64,000 nucleotides of DNA from Lama guanicoe (Eukaryota). The position numbers and the translations under genes were made by a program. The DNA lies in the NCBI GenBank assembly GCA_013239625.1, contig MU053652.1, positions 1,428,001-1,492,000 on the forward strand. The letters run 5' to 3'. Within the stretch, counting starts at the first letter, position 1, and each line of letters opens with the position of its first letter. A model generated the notes under the pieces. The model was not told the origin of the DNA. It saw nothing but the letters and a program-made list of their open reading frames with translations, and did not search any database. Of the stretch, positions 25,640 through 37,649 are shown one piece after another.

Positions 25640-26860
25640 ATAGTGAATTTATTTGTCCAACTACCATTGAATACCTCGACTGGGCTGGGCTTGGTTCTGA
25701 CACTGAGGATACAGCAGGGACAAAACCAAGCTTCTGCTCCGTGAAGGCTGCTTGCTAGTGAGGGAAGTGGACCACAGGGTTGAGTGGGATAAGAAGAGAT
25801 ACCAAGCGGCTTGTGATGGGGGAGATTGCTGACCTCAGAGCAGAGCTTCTCTGATAAGATGAGCTTTGAGCAGAAGAGAGCACCAACTAAGGTTGGGAAA
25901 ACGGTGTTTTAAGGCAGTGGGAAGAGCAGACACACAGACTCTGAGGCAGAAGTGTGCGTGGAGGGCTTGTGTGACAGCCAGAAGGCCAGCTGTGGCTGTG
26001 GTGGAGAGAGTGAAGGCAAGAATTGTAGCAAGTGAGGTCAGAGAGGTAGCTAAGGCCAGCTCTCATAGAGCATCCCAAACTTGGTAATGACTTTGGATTT
26101 TACTCTGGTGACCTGGGAAGCCGCTGGGAAGAGTTTGAGCAGATGAGAGGTATGATTGGCTTATGTCTTAAGTGACTGCCCTGGTTGCCGTATGCAGAAC
26201 AGGCTACTGTAGGGGTCAAGGGTGGAAGCTGGGAGACCAGTTAAGAGGCTATTCTAATAGTCTGGATTAGGGGTAGTGGTGGTTTGGATGAGGGTGTGAG
26301 TAATGGAGGTAGTGGAAATGGTAGGATTCGGTAGATACTTTGAAGGTTGAGTTGTAAGGATCTGCTGATAAATCAGGTGTGGGATGTGAGAGGAGCGTCA
26401 GTGATTCCAGACGTTTTGCACTGAGCAGTCAGGAACAGTGAGGATAGAGTCACTGTTTATGGAGATGGGGAGAAGGCGTTTGGGAAGAGGAAAGTCAAGG
26501 ATTCTATTCTGGATCAATTAAATTTAAGATACCCATTCTCTAATTAGAGATACTCAGTAGGCAGTTGGATATAGGAGTCTGAAATTCAGGGGAGAAATCA
26601 GGACTAGAGAAATAGTGTTGGGAGTTGTTCAACCTACAGATGGCTTTAGGGAGTGTGGGTAGATAGAGGAGGGACTAAATCCAAGGACCCAACAAAGATG
26701 GAGAAGCATCCAAGGAGTGAGGATGAAAACCGAGAGAGGGATTCCTATGAGGCCAAGAAAAGAAAGCTTCCCCAGAAGGAGAGAGTGAGCAGATGCTGCT
26801 GATACATCAGTAAGATGAAGACTGAGACTTGACCATTGACATTCACAATATAGAGGCCCA
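25640..26860 (-). mobile_element. L2 LINE fragment
   Basis: Antisense L2 motifs gactttggattttactct, gaagctgggagaccagttaagaggcta and aggcagttggatataggagtctgaaattcaggggag. Confidence 0.85.
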
Positions 26861-27364
26861 CTGCTACGTAGAATTCAGATGTAGAAAGCCCCCAACAGGC
26901 CCCAGTTATCATGATCATTTTAGTAGGAAACTACACATAGGTTCACATGTATCAAGTTTTCATGTACAGGATTTGGAAGGTGTGTGTGTGCACAGCAGTT
27001 CTTAAGCAAAGGCCTATAATTTATGACCCTGAGAACCGTACAGACTACTGAGTGATAGAGTCGAAAAGCCACACTGATCTGACTTTGCCACATGGATGGA
27101 AGCAGAGCATCTAGACCAACGGGATTACAGTCTCTCTGCCAGAACGTGGGTGGGTGTGTTTCTTTACTGAGCCCCGCACTTGTAAAAGAGGAGCGAACCA
27201 GAGGGCCTTTTGAGAAATCTTCGCAATAGTTAAAATTTGTTGAAGAACTAAAGATACTCAGCTTGGTGAAGACCCAAGAGGGTCTTAGCCATTTAAAGGA
27301 TTGTCTTGTGGAAGAGGGATCATACTTGCTTTTACAGGTTGAGAGAAATTAAAGGGGAGAAAGT

Positions 27365-27785
27365 ATCTATTTCTGTATAACTAACTATCCCCCAAATGCA
27401 CTGGTTTAATACAATGATTTCTTATTTCTCACAATTTTGTGATTTGATTGGGTGATTCTCTTGCTAGTCTTGCCTAGGCTGATATGATTGTAGGCTGTTG
27501 TGGATTGAGGAGGCTCTGGGCTCAGCTGGGTCCTTCAGACCTAAAGGTCTCGCTTCTTTAAGGAGGGGAAGTTAAACTTCTTTGCATGTTGATGGCAATG
27601 ATTGAAGAGAGTGAGCCCCGGGCACGATGACTTATCAAGCCTCTTTTTGTATCCTGTTTGTCCCATTGGCCAAAGATAGTTGTATGGCCAAGCCCAAGGC
27701 TGAGGTGGGAAAAGGCAATCTCTGTATGCAGATACCAGAAATGTGATTCGCTGGAGGCCTTTTGTATGAAAATCTGTCACTGGCA
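27365..27785 (-). mobile_element. Old MaLR LTR (MLT1H/I-like)
   Basis: tatttctgtataactaactatccccaaa...ttatttctcacaattttgtg...tcccattggccaaag...tggccaagcccaagg. Confidence 0.7.
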
Positions 27786-28439
27786 GATTTTGACTTGATG
27801 TGAGAGAGAAGTTTTGAACAGCAGTAGGCGTGCAATTGGCTGCTCTATGAAATAGCTGGCTCCCTGGTGGTGGTGATGTTCCAGCTCTAATTCATATTGT
27901 CGTTCTTCCACTCACTTAAATGTTTTATCAAATACCTGGACATGCAAGACCCTAGATTAGATACCAAGGTGGGGAGGCGGTGTAAAAGATGGATAGAATA
28001 AAGTCTATGGAATGACTTTTACACACCCTGGGAGAATGGAAAAACAAACCAAAAAATGGAGTCGTTGAGAGATACTTACAGAGAACAGTGGGAAGCAGAG
28101 GAGAGAGAGGACTCCTGGCTGGAGTCAGGGAGTGTGCGATGAGGAGGCCATCGGAGCCTTTACAGAAGAGGTAACGTTTTAGCAGAGGGAGAGGAAGGAG
28201 ACTAACAGCATGGGAGCGCTGGGGCCAGGCACAGCCCTGGGCTCTGTGTATGTGGTTCACCCTTTACTCCCTATGGCAACGGCCCCATTCGCATTTAACA
28301 AGTGAGGACACCGGATCTCAGAGTGTTCACACAGTTGTCAGGCCAGGAATGTAAGCGTTGGTCTGGCTGGTCCAAAGTCTGTATTCTTCACGGGAAGCTA
28401 GGCTGCCTTAATAAAATTACCATGTATATTACAGTTCAA

Positions 28440-28675
28440 GTATGTTAAAGTGCTTGATATACAAAAGCACATTCAGTCCTCACAAGAAATATGAGGGAAA
28501 TATTATCCCCATTTTATCTTTAAAAAAAAAATTCTTAATGTTTTCAATGGAGGTACTGGCGATTGAACCTGGGACCTCGAGCATGCTAAGCATGGGCTCT
28601 ACCGCTGAGCTACACTCACCTCCTAATCCTCATTTTATAGATGAAGGACCTGAGGCCTGGAGAAGTTGAGTCAGA
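28440..28675 (-). mobile_element. MIR SINE split by a younger SINE
   Basis: tattatccccattttat ... cattttatagatgaaggacctgaggcctggagaagttgagt on either side of the insertion. Confidence 0.75.
28518..28623 (-). mobile_element. tRNA-Ala-derived SINE (camelid Vic-1-like), second copy
   Basis: The reverse complement reads ggaggtgagtgtagctcagcggtagagcccatgcttagcatgctcgaggtcccaggttcaatcgccagtacctcc plus an AT-rich tail; 13-bp TSD atcc(c/t)cattttat at 28505-28517 and 28626-28638. Confidence 0.9.
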
Positions 28676-28689
28676 CAGATATGGGACTT

Positions 28690-28980
28690 TGGCAGTAACT
28701 CTTCCCCTGCCTGGCATGCTGTCTCCATGACTTCATGTGTCTCGCTCCTTCCCATCATTCAGAGCTCAGTTTAAATGTCACCTTCTCTGATCACCGAGTC
28801 TGAGGTGGCCCCCGCGTCCTGGGCTTTCACATCATCCTATTTAAGTTCTTTATGTGGCACTCGTCACTATTTGGATGATCTGGTGGGTTTTTCTTTTTCT
28901 TTAAACTTTGCTAATTGCTGGTTTTCAGTTCTCCCCATTAGGACCTAAACTCCGTGAGTGCAAGACTGTTCTTTTTCCGG
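28690..28980 (+). mobile_element. L2 3' fragment
   Basis: cctgcctggcatgct...catcattcagagctcagtttaaatgtcaccttctctga...taaactccgtgagtgcaagac. Confidence 0.7.
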
Positions 28981-29049
28981 TTCTCAGCTTGATTTTATTT
29001 TAATCCCACACATCAAGTACTTACATTTCATTCAGTCACATTTATTTTT

Positions 29050-31215
29050 ATTTGCACACAAATTTATTGTTTCTTATTGCTCAGTAGTCCTTCGTCCTTT
29101 TTGTTCTTTTTTTCTGATGTCATTCTTTCTTCCTAATGTACATCTTTAGTTCAGATGTTCTTTAATGAAGATCTGTTGTACTGAATGAACTCTGATTGCA
29201 TAAATCTAAAAATGCCTTATTTCCTCTTGTTCTTGCGTTATAGCTTCAGTGCCTACATTTAATACAATTCTGAATTGAAAGTGATTTCCTCTCAGCATTT
29301 TGAAGATAACATTCTACTGACTTCTGGCTTGCACTGTGACTGTTGAGGTCAGCTGTCACGCTAATCACTGTGCTTCCCCGGGTCACCTCACCCTCCAGGT
29401 GTTTTTAAGATCTTCTTTCTGACTTTAGTTTTCTATAGTTTCATTATGATGTGTCCTGCTTGGAAATCTTTAGAATCCCTGAAACTGAGAAGTGGTGTCA
29501 ACTCTGGAAAATTCTAAGCCATTATCTTTTCAACTATTTCTTCTTTCTTTTTTCAATTTACATCTTCTGGAACCCCAGTTCTTCTTTTTTTTTTTAACTT
29601 TTTTTATTGATTTATAATCATTTTACAATGTTGTGTCAAATTCCAGTGTAGAGCACAATTTTTCAGTTATGCATGAACATATGTATATTCATTGTCACAT
29701 TTTTTTCTCTGTGAGCTACCATAAGGTCTTGTATATATTTCCCTGTGCTATACAGTATAATCTTGTTTATCTATTCTACAATTTTGAAACCCCAGTCTAT
29801 CTCTTCCCACCCCCCACCCCCTTGGCAACCACAAGTTTGTATTCTATGTTTGTGAGTCTATTTCTGTTTTGTATTTATGTTTTGTTTGTTCGTTTGTTTT
29901 TAGATTCCACATGTAAGTGATCTCATATGGTATTTTTCTTTCTCTTTCTGGCTTACTTCACTTAGAATGACATTCTCCAGGAGCATCCATGTTGCTGCAA
30001 ATGGCGTTATGTTGCCGGTTTTTATGGCTGAGTAGTATTCCATTGTATAAATATACCACATCTCCTTTATCCAGTCATCTTTTGATGGACATTTAGGCTG
30101 TTTCCATGTCTTGGCTATTGTAAATAATGCTGCTATGAACATTGGGGTGCAGGTGTCATCCTGAAGTAGGGTGGAACCCCAGTTATTCTTATGTTGCATC
30201 TTTTTATTTTCTCATTCCTGAATCTTAAACTCTTAATTTTATTTTTTACCTTTTTGACTGATGCATTCTGGTTAATTGTTTAACTGTATCCTGTAGTCTA
30301 ACAGGTACATTTTTCTTGTGTCTAATATGCTGTTTAACTTATCCAGTGTTTTTTAAATTTCAGAAATCATAATACTCATTTCATGAAGTTATATTTGGTT
30401 CTTTAAAACAGGTTTGTTCAGCTTTGCTAAGCTTTTGCTCCTTTGCATTACTGTAAACTCCCTCATTCCTTTAACCATCTTAAACCTACTTATTAAAAAC
30501 CCTCTCTGATAATTCAATACCTGTAGACTCTATGGGCCTGATTCTGTAATTTATTGTTTCTGTTGATTCTTGCTAATATTGGCTTATATTCCCGTGTAAT
30601 TTGTGATTTTGCTGTTCATTTCTGAAAATAACAAGAGGCCTGAATTTAAAAATCTCCAGAGAGAATTTTTTCAAAGAGAGTTTGTGTTTCTTCTCCCAGG
30701 TATTTAGAGCACTGTCCATCTAGGACACCTTTAAGCTAGTTTGGCATTCTCTCTTTATTTCATCCTTCTTGCCCCACAGGTGGTGAGTGAATTCCAGCCC
30801 TAAATCCTCGTAAATACTAGTTTGTGGTAGGAAGTGTTAGGGGAAACTTTTTTCTTCCTGCCATTTACCTACTCTGAGGGTCAAGGCTGAGCCAGATGAA
30901 TCTCCTTTGATGGGGCCACTGTCAAAGGTGGTGTCACTCTGTGGGATGCCCAGCTAATGAAAGTCCCATTCTGCTTGGGATTTTCACTCTAGTCTCCTAT
31001 ACATGGCTCTAGCCCGCCGGGAAATGTACAGATTTCCACAAGGAAAGTGACTCTGTAGCTTGGTTACCCTCGTGAATTGTACTTCCTTTCCTGATTATTT
31101 TCCTGCTAGCTCAGCCACACTGTAAAACACGTTTCTGTTTTATCCAGAGTTTTTAGTTGTTGTGTACTGGGAAGGTGTTCTCTCCTCGTTCGTTCCAACA
31201 TATTGCCAGAAGCTA
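29050..31215 (-). mobile_element. Ancient L1 (L1M) 5'/ORF1-region remnant, host of a younger L1
   Basis: tttcctctcagcattttgaagata...cttctggcttgc...tttttaagatcttctt...ctctggaaaattctaagccattatcttttc is the typical antisense L1M ORF1 pattern. Boundaries uncertain. Confidence 0.7.
29587..30171 (-). mobile_element. Relatively young 5'-truncated L1 (camelid-type)
   Basis: Poly-T start; open ORF2 C-terminal reading ([46 protein letters not shown]); 19-bp TSD tggaaccccagtt(c/a)ttctt at 29568-29586 and 30172-30190. Confidence 0.95.
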
Positions 31216-31689
31216 AGGCACCTGTTCTTTTTCCACACTGTGCTACTTGGCCTCTGAGCTGGATGAACACTTGTCAGAAATGTAGCGAAAAGTCATTTCT
31301 GTTTTGAGCAATGTTATCAGAATCCTGTTCTCTTGATATTAAAAATGTCCCTCTTTTCCCCAGACCGTCTAACCATAAAGGAAAAGCAAAGGCTTTCCTA
31401 TAAAGTGAAGGGCCAGTAAGAAAGGGGACGAGAGGCATGAGGACAAGCTGGAGATGTAGACTGGAATCAGACTGAGGGACTGTTGTGGGGAACTGGGTTT
31501 TATTCTAAGTCACACAGGAAGTCATTGAAGGGATGTGAATTAATTTTAGTTAAAGAGTATAAATAAGGATGACAGATTTTTGGAGGGCAGAAGAGAAAAA
31601 AGGGCGACCTGCTGGGAGGCTTTTGCAGTAGTCCAGGTAAGAAATGGAGGTAGCCTGGAGTAGCATGGTAAAAATGTGCATGAGTAGAG

Positions 31690-32205
31690 CATCTATTGTT
31701 GTGTAACTAATCACTCCAAAATTTAGCAACTTAAAACAGTCAACACTTGCATCTTACAGTTTCTGAGTGCTAGGAGCAACTCAAGTGGGGGTCCTGCCTC
31801 AGGGTCAGCAGTCAGGCTGCTGTCTGGGGCTGCAGTCATATCAAGGCATGACTGGGCTGAAGAATCCTCCTTCAAGCTCACTCTCGTGGTTGCTGCAAGG
31901 CTCAATTCCTTGCTGCCTGTTGGTGAGAGGCTCCTGTTCCCTAATGCATGGGCCTCTCCAAGGGCTACTGACAACATGGCAGCTTGCAGCTTACTTCCCT
32001 CAAGAGTGAGGGTGGTGGTGGGAAGAACAAGATGGAAATGATAGTCTTTTTATATCCTAATCTCTGAAGTAACTTATCGTCCACTCTGCCATATGCTGTT
32101 GGTCATACAGACCAACCCCGGTGCAGGTGGGAGGGGCACTACACACGGGTGTGAATCCTAGGAAGTGGGAATCATCAGTGACCCTCTTGGAAGCTGCCTC
32201 CCATA
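31690..32205 (-). mobile_element. MaLR LTR (MLT1F/G-like)
   Basis: atctattgttgtgtaactaatcactccaaaatttagcaacttaaaaca ... gcagtcatatcaaggcatgactgggctgaagaatcc ... gttggtcatacagaccaaccc. Confidence 0.8.
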
Positions 32206-32542
32206 ATGCATATGAGATCTGCCCTGGCTGTAGAACAAACGAGACTTTGCTGATGAGTTTGATGAATGAATTTGACGTGAGGAAAGGGAGGAAAATAAGG
32301 ACGGTGTCCAGGCTTTTGGTCTGAATTATCTACTACAGTTAGGTGTGAGAAATCCAGGGTTCTGCTTTCAGCTTGTGCAGAAGCTGCAAATCCTTCTAGC
32401 TATTCAAGTGGACGTGTCAAGTAAGGGGTTTGAATGAATGATTCTGGAGCTTGGGGAGAGCTCACGACCGGAGATTAAATTGATGAGTCATAGCCTACAG
32501 ATGGGATTTAAAACCTGGACGCTGGGTGAGATCACTTAGTTG

Positions 32543-32717
32543 CAGTAATTCTCAACCTCAGCTGCCCATCCGAATCACCTGGGAACCTTGAGAATTTTTT
32601 GACACCAGGCCAATCTCCAGATCAACCAAATCAATGTCCCTGGATGTGGCACTCAATCATTGAGATTTTTAAAGTTCCTCAATGATTCCAATGTGCAGCC
32701 AAGGTTGAGAACCATTG
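32543..32717 (+). mobile_element. MER5A hAT MITE
   Basis: Imperfect terminal inverted repeats cagtaattctcaacct ... aggttgagaaccattg with internal gaatcacctggga. Confidence 0.85.
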
Positions 32718-34703
32718 ACAAGGGAGAAGATGTCAAAGGAGAAGAGGAGGGAGCCCGGGACCCCTGATGCCTGTGAGGGTAGAGGAGGATGGTGCTGCAG
32801 AGGGAGAAACTCATGGCTAAAGGCCCGGTTTCTTTTGCAGTGTCCGAGAACTGGCTTATTTTGTGGTTAGGGTGCTCCTGAGCTGCGGACCAGCTGGCGA
32901 GAACAGTTTGTGCACTCCACGTGCAAAGGGCTATTATCCATGGTGGATGAAGAACATAGGACCTGTACCTGCACCTGACCGGGTTCTTTTAAAAGCTGTC
33001 ACTTTGTCTGTTTCTGTGTCCAGCTATCAGGATCATCAAAGGAACCTGAAAATGCTCTAAAGTTGGAGGCCAAAGTCCCAGGTTCAAGACTGAGCTCTGC
33101 TTTTGTTGGCTGTGAGCCCTAGGGCAAGCCACTTAGTCTGCTCAGCCTGTTTCACTGTCTGTAGAGTGGAGGCTCCCTGCCTTTCCTCTTTCCTGAGATC
33201 ATTGTCTGTAGAGAAATGAGCAGATGGAAACAGCCTCGTCTTGCTGATGTAGACTTGCCACCATCACCATATCCCCTCCTGGGCAGATGCCAAAGCCATT
33301 CACCTGCCTGGGATGCCTGCCTCCTTGCCTTCTCACCATCAGGCCTTTCCTTCCTTCCAAACCTCGTGGCAAAAACCTCACATTTCTTCAGGATGTCCTT
33401 GATTAACCCCATCTTGCTTGTGTCATCCTTCTTGTTTTTCTCCAGTGCTGGATGAGTATGGTGTTCTCTTTAAATTAAGTATCATTTATTTGTATGTTTC
33501 TCTTTAGATGTCTTAAATTTGTCCCAAGTCTTGACTCTGACTCTGCATTAGATTGTAAGTTTGGGGACTTAAGATTGTTAAGTTTGGAGGTCAGAGACTG
33601 GCGATTTCTCCCAGTGTAGCAGCACTGATCCATGTGAAAGTTTTATCTGTTGGTGGGGACTGTTAACTTCTTTTTGCATCTGATTTGCATTCCTCACTAA
33701 TCTTCACAAATCAAGATCACCCAGAAAGCAATCAAGTTTGGGATGTTTGTAGACATTTTCCTACATTTATAGCTCAGTCTTCCCCTTGTTGAAACAATTC
33801 TTGGCTACCAGAGTTACAGATAATTGGGCATCAGCCAGTGAGGGAGGGAATGGAAACATCCATTTTGCCTTTCATTGGCAGGAGGATGTCTTCATCAGCA
33901 TACTCCACCGAGATTTCAACATCACAATCCTTCCTTCCTTCCCTTTCAAGTTGTTCCAAGCCCAGTGACGTTCAAAATAATGAGTCATTGTCTAAATGTG
34001 GAGACTGTCGTTTTGCACGCACAACTGTGCATGCTTGGGTCCCATCCCAGCCTGCGATGGTAAGCATGACTCGGACCTCACGGGGGAGGGTGTTCTGAAA
34101 ATGATCCTACGTGAACTTGAAAGTGGCATAGACCATGATCTGAGATTTTTGGAACCCCAACAGGCAGGGGCAAGCGAACTCAAGCTGATATTTTGTGGAT
34201 TTTATGTGATGAGTGTGCGTCATAGACTTCTGTGGGGCAGTGGGAGCAACACCGTTCTTGAGGACAGAGCCCCTGAGTGGGTCCTGCTCTTTCACTGGCT
34301 GGTTGTGAGACCTTGGGCAAGCCATGTTATCCCTCTGGGCCTCAGAGAGGAAGCAGGTTGAACTGGATCATCTGAAAGCTAATTTCCTTAAAGCGCCAAG
34401 GTTCTACTGAGTACTCTGAGATAACGTGACCCAGTCACCAAGGACTTTATAATTTTTTTCTTGCTCCCCTGATGTTTCTGGTGACCTTGAGAGGTCTTAG
34501 GGAGAGGGGGACTATTCTGGGATAGCTTTCTGGCTGTCTTAAAAGATACACATGTAACAGATGATTAAAGAGGATCAGAGACCAGAAGGTGCAAATGGGA
34601 AAAAAAGAGGAAAAAGAATATTCTCTTGTTTCCCTCCAGACTGCCATTTTTCTGGTCTAATAGATTTCTGGTCTTTCCCAAGGGGTCAAGGATGGTTGCT
34701 GAT

Positions 34704-35033
34704 TGGTATGGACTGAATGCTTGTGTTCCCTCCAAATTCTAATGTTGAAGCTCAGATGTGATGGTATTTGGAGGTGGAGCTCTGGGGAGGTGATTAAATC
34801 ATGAGGATAAAGTCCTTATAATGGGATTAATGTCCATATAAGAAGAGAGTCAACCCTTTCTCTCCCGCCGTTTGAGAAGGTGACCAACCATCTGTAAACC
34901 AGGAAGACATGCCTCCCCCAAGAGCCCAACCATACTGGCCCCCAGCCAGCCTCCAGAACTATAAGAAATAAATTGTTATTTAAACCACCCAGTCAATGGT
35001 ATTTATTATGGCAGTCTGAGATAACTAAAGACA
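34704..35033 (+). mobile_element. MaLR solo LTR (MLT1A/B-like)
   Basis: tggtatggactgaatgcttgtgttccctccaaattc ... cagcctccagaactataagaaataaa ... aactaaagaca; perfect 5-bp TSD ctgat (34699-703, 35034-38). Confidence 0.9.
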
Positions 35034-35199
35034 CTGATATCATCCAAGACACAGAATGAACCAGCTTCAGCCCCAATTCAGGGCTGGAGTGATTCCCCTC
35101 AATCACTTGGTTTCAATGATGAATGTTGGTGGGGTTCCTGTCTGCTTGGAGAGGCCGAATCCACCACCCTCGGAGCCCTAGTGCTGAGCTCTAGTCCTT

Positions 35200-35850
35200 G
35201 CATGCTTTTAAAACTTCATATAAATGTTCATCCTGCATGTATTATTCGGAAACTTGCTGTTTTTGTTTTTGTTTTTGTTTTTGTTTATTTTGCTGTCGTG
35301 GATCCGTGTTGATATACGTAGTCTAGCTGACTCATTTTCATGACTATATACCTTTTCACTATAAGAAATATCACTATTGATAAATCTGTTGTTTCTAATC
35401 CTTTTCCTGTTTAAAGTGGAGCAACAACAAACATTTTTATGCATGTCTTCTTGAGCATGTGGAGTTGCAGGATTAAGAATCTCTACATCTTCAACTTGAC
35501 TTGTTATGCCAAAATGCTTTTAAAGGGGTCTTGCTAATTTAGACTCCTATCAGCACCATAGGAGAGTTCTTATTTTTCTGCATCCTGTCCATACACAGTA
35601 TTTCCAGACCTTTTAGCTTTTGCCAATCTCTGGTATAGTGGGCATTTAATCTGGTTCCAGGTTTTTAAGGGAATGATTTAAATGTTTTCAGTGTTAAGTA
35701 GGATGTTCACTATAGATCTTTGATAGATTTATTAGATTGAGGAAGTTACTAGTCTTATTTTACTATAATTTTTTTAAAACCATGACTAGTGTTGAGTTTT
35801 AGCAAATATTTTTGTTCTGCATATTTAGAGACGGTCATCTAACATTTTAA
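35200..35850 (-). mobile_element. Old L1 (L1ME-like) fragments with a (TTTTGT)n tract (~35258-35288)
   Basis: aacatttttatgcatgtcttc, tttagactcctatcagca, ttttgccaatct, gattgaggaagtt. Confidence 0.65.
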
Positions 35851-37098
35851 GTAATCTTCCTAGTGATATTAGACCCAGGTGGTCGATTTGTTGGGAAACT
35901 GGGAGATGAGGTGAAGATTCTTATTAAGACCAATTCCTTGCGATTATTTTCACAACATCAGCTTCCACAGAGCATCTGAAAAGTCACCTCTCATGGTCGG
36001 AGGATTGGAAAGGAATGCGGGTATTGTCAGGTCCCACAAATAATTCATCATGTGGTGAGTGGGGATGTGTAGGGTGTTGTTATAACTGGAGACTGTTACC
36101 TAGAAGACCTGAAGGGCAGCGTGCTTCACAGTGGGTTATTTGAACCATATGCGATTACTATGGGCCGACGCCTGGGGCTTGGATATATTTTTGTTAAGGT
36201 GAAATTTCCTTTGTAATGGAGTTGGTTATAATGGGATTTGATCTCCATTCATCTCACTTACCCATGCTCCCTCTGGCAGTTTTGATAGCCTTGCTCCCTG
36301 TGCAGCAGGCAGCCCAGCTGAGTCTAAGGCGCCAACGTGCCTCTTAATTTGTGACCAAAAGCTCTCTCACAGGGCTCTCCTCATAAGCCCCAGATCTCTT
36401 TGATTCACCAAGCATTCATCCATCATCAGCGGTCTCACTCACTCTGCCTTCCCAAGGTGTTTATCGTCTTACTTAGCTTATCTCCCTCGGAACCCTCCCA
36501 CCCTGTTCACACACAACTTGCATTTGCCACCCATTTGGATGGTGAACAGTCATGTTCTGGAGGGTTCCGAGTTCTCACCCCTGGCTAGTGTGAGTGCCCG
36601 GTGTGTCTGGCGGGGTGGCAGTCAGTCAGAGGGTGAGGCAAGAAAGTCTCATTCCACAGGTTTGAAATAAAGGTGCATCTGCCATCTCCCTTGCAACAAT
36701 GTTTGGAGTTCTGTTAGTAAGTTGGCCTAGAAGGAGGGTGTGCACCATGCAGTCCACCAAATCACCTCTCTGGACTACACAATCCAGTAGACATGTCCCA
36801 CAGGCATTGGGTGCAAATAACTTAATTCCTCTTCTACTGAGCGCTATGTTAAATATGCTCAGCGTTCACTGTATTTATTTAACCAGTGTGTTCCTTTTCT
36901 TATTCTGTATGTAGGCCATTTCTGCAAGACGTTACAATATATGCAGTTCCTTATAGCATTTCACTGGAGGGGTGAGGTGAGGGGGTGAAGGGCCCCCTCA
37001 CCAGATATGTTTCCTCTGCCTGAGGTCCCACCATTGATGGCCCCCGAGCAAACATGAGTCTCACGGTGTGTGATGTAAATTGCTGTCACTCTCAGGCA

Positions 37099-37128
37099 TG
37101 ATTAATTAATTAATTAATTAATTAATCA
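37099..37128. repeat. (TTAA)6 microsatellite forming a perfect 30-bp palindrome
   Basis: tgattaattaattaattaattaattaatca equals its own reverse complement. Confidence 0.95.
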
Positions 37129-37649
37129 GCTCAGCCAGAGGTTCAGGTGGGGCTCCCCGGAAGTATAACACTCATTCATTCATTCAGAAAACTTTTAATA
37201 AATAATGAGCATATGCCAATGCTCTGTTAGATTCCAGTGACTCAGAGATGTGGCCTGTGCCCTCCCCGAGATGGGCACATAGTCACGTGGTGTCTCTGAA
37301 AGAGACCTGGCCTGGGGCGGAGGGCCTTGGATTCTTGTACCAACCCTCCACCAGATCTGAATGCTGGGTGAGCCAGGGAGTCCCTTTGGGCCACAGTTTG
37401 CCCATTTTTGACTATAGAGGGGGAGAGGGTGTAACAGGATCCAGTCGGGCCTGCTGTGGCTGGAACAGGTACTACATCCAGTGGGTTCAGACCAGGGTGG
37501 GAAGCCCCTTTCTCCCGCCTCCTGCCGCACGTGCCCAGTTCTGTCTTCCTGCTCAGGCAGGTCACCATTGGTGTTTGTTTCTTGCTTATCCTTTCAGAGA
37601 TTTCAAAAAATGTTCGTACTAGCCAGTCAAGTCTATAGTCTTGATCCCT

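Larger units (their letters stand above)
31410..32800 (-). mobile_element. L2 LINE fragment interrupted by MLT1 and MER5A
   Basis: gggaggcttttgcagtagtccaggtaagaaatgg ... gtggacgtgtcaagtaagg...ctggagcttgggg. Confidence 0.7.

Noticed and set aside
29900..30199. 99-aa host gene
   Set aside because: The peptide is the L1 ORF2 C-terminus read into the L1 3' UTR. The ORFs at 5677, 5956, 6350, 11244, 43780 and 54145 are likewise L1-derived.
33786..34361. Possible coding exon(s) after the acceptor-like ctttcattggcag (~33881) and before the donor-like ATG|GTAAGC (~34059)
   Set aside because: The translations resemble no known protein and no partner exons were found. A non-coding exon cannot be excluded without RNA data.
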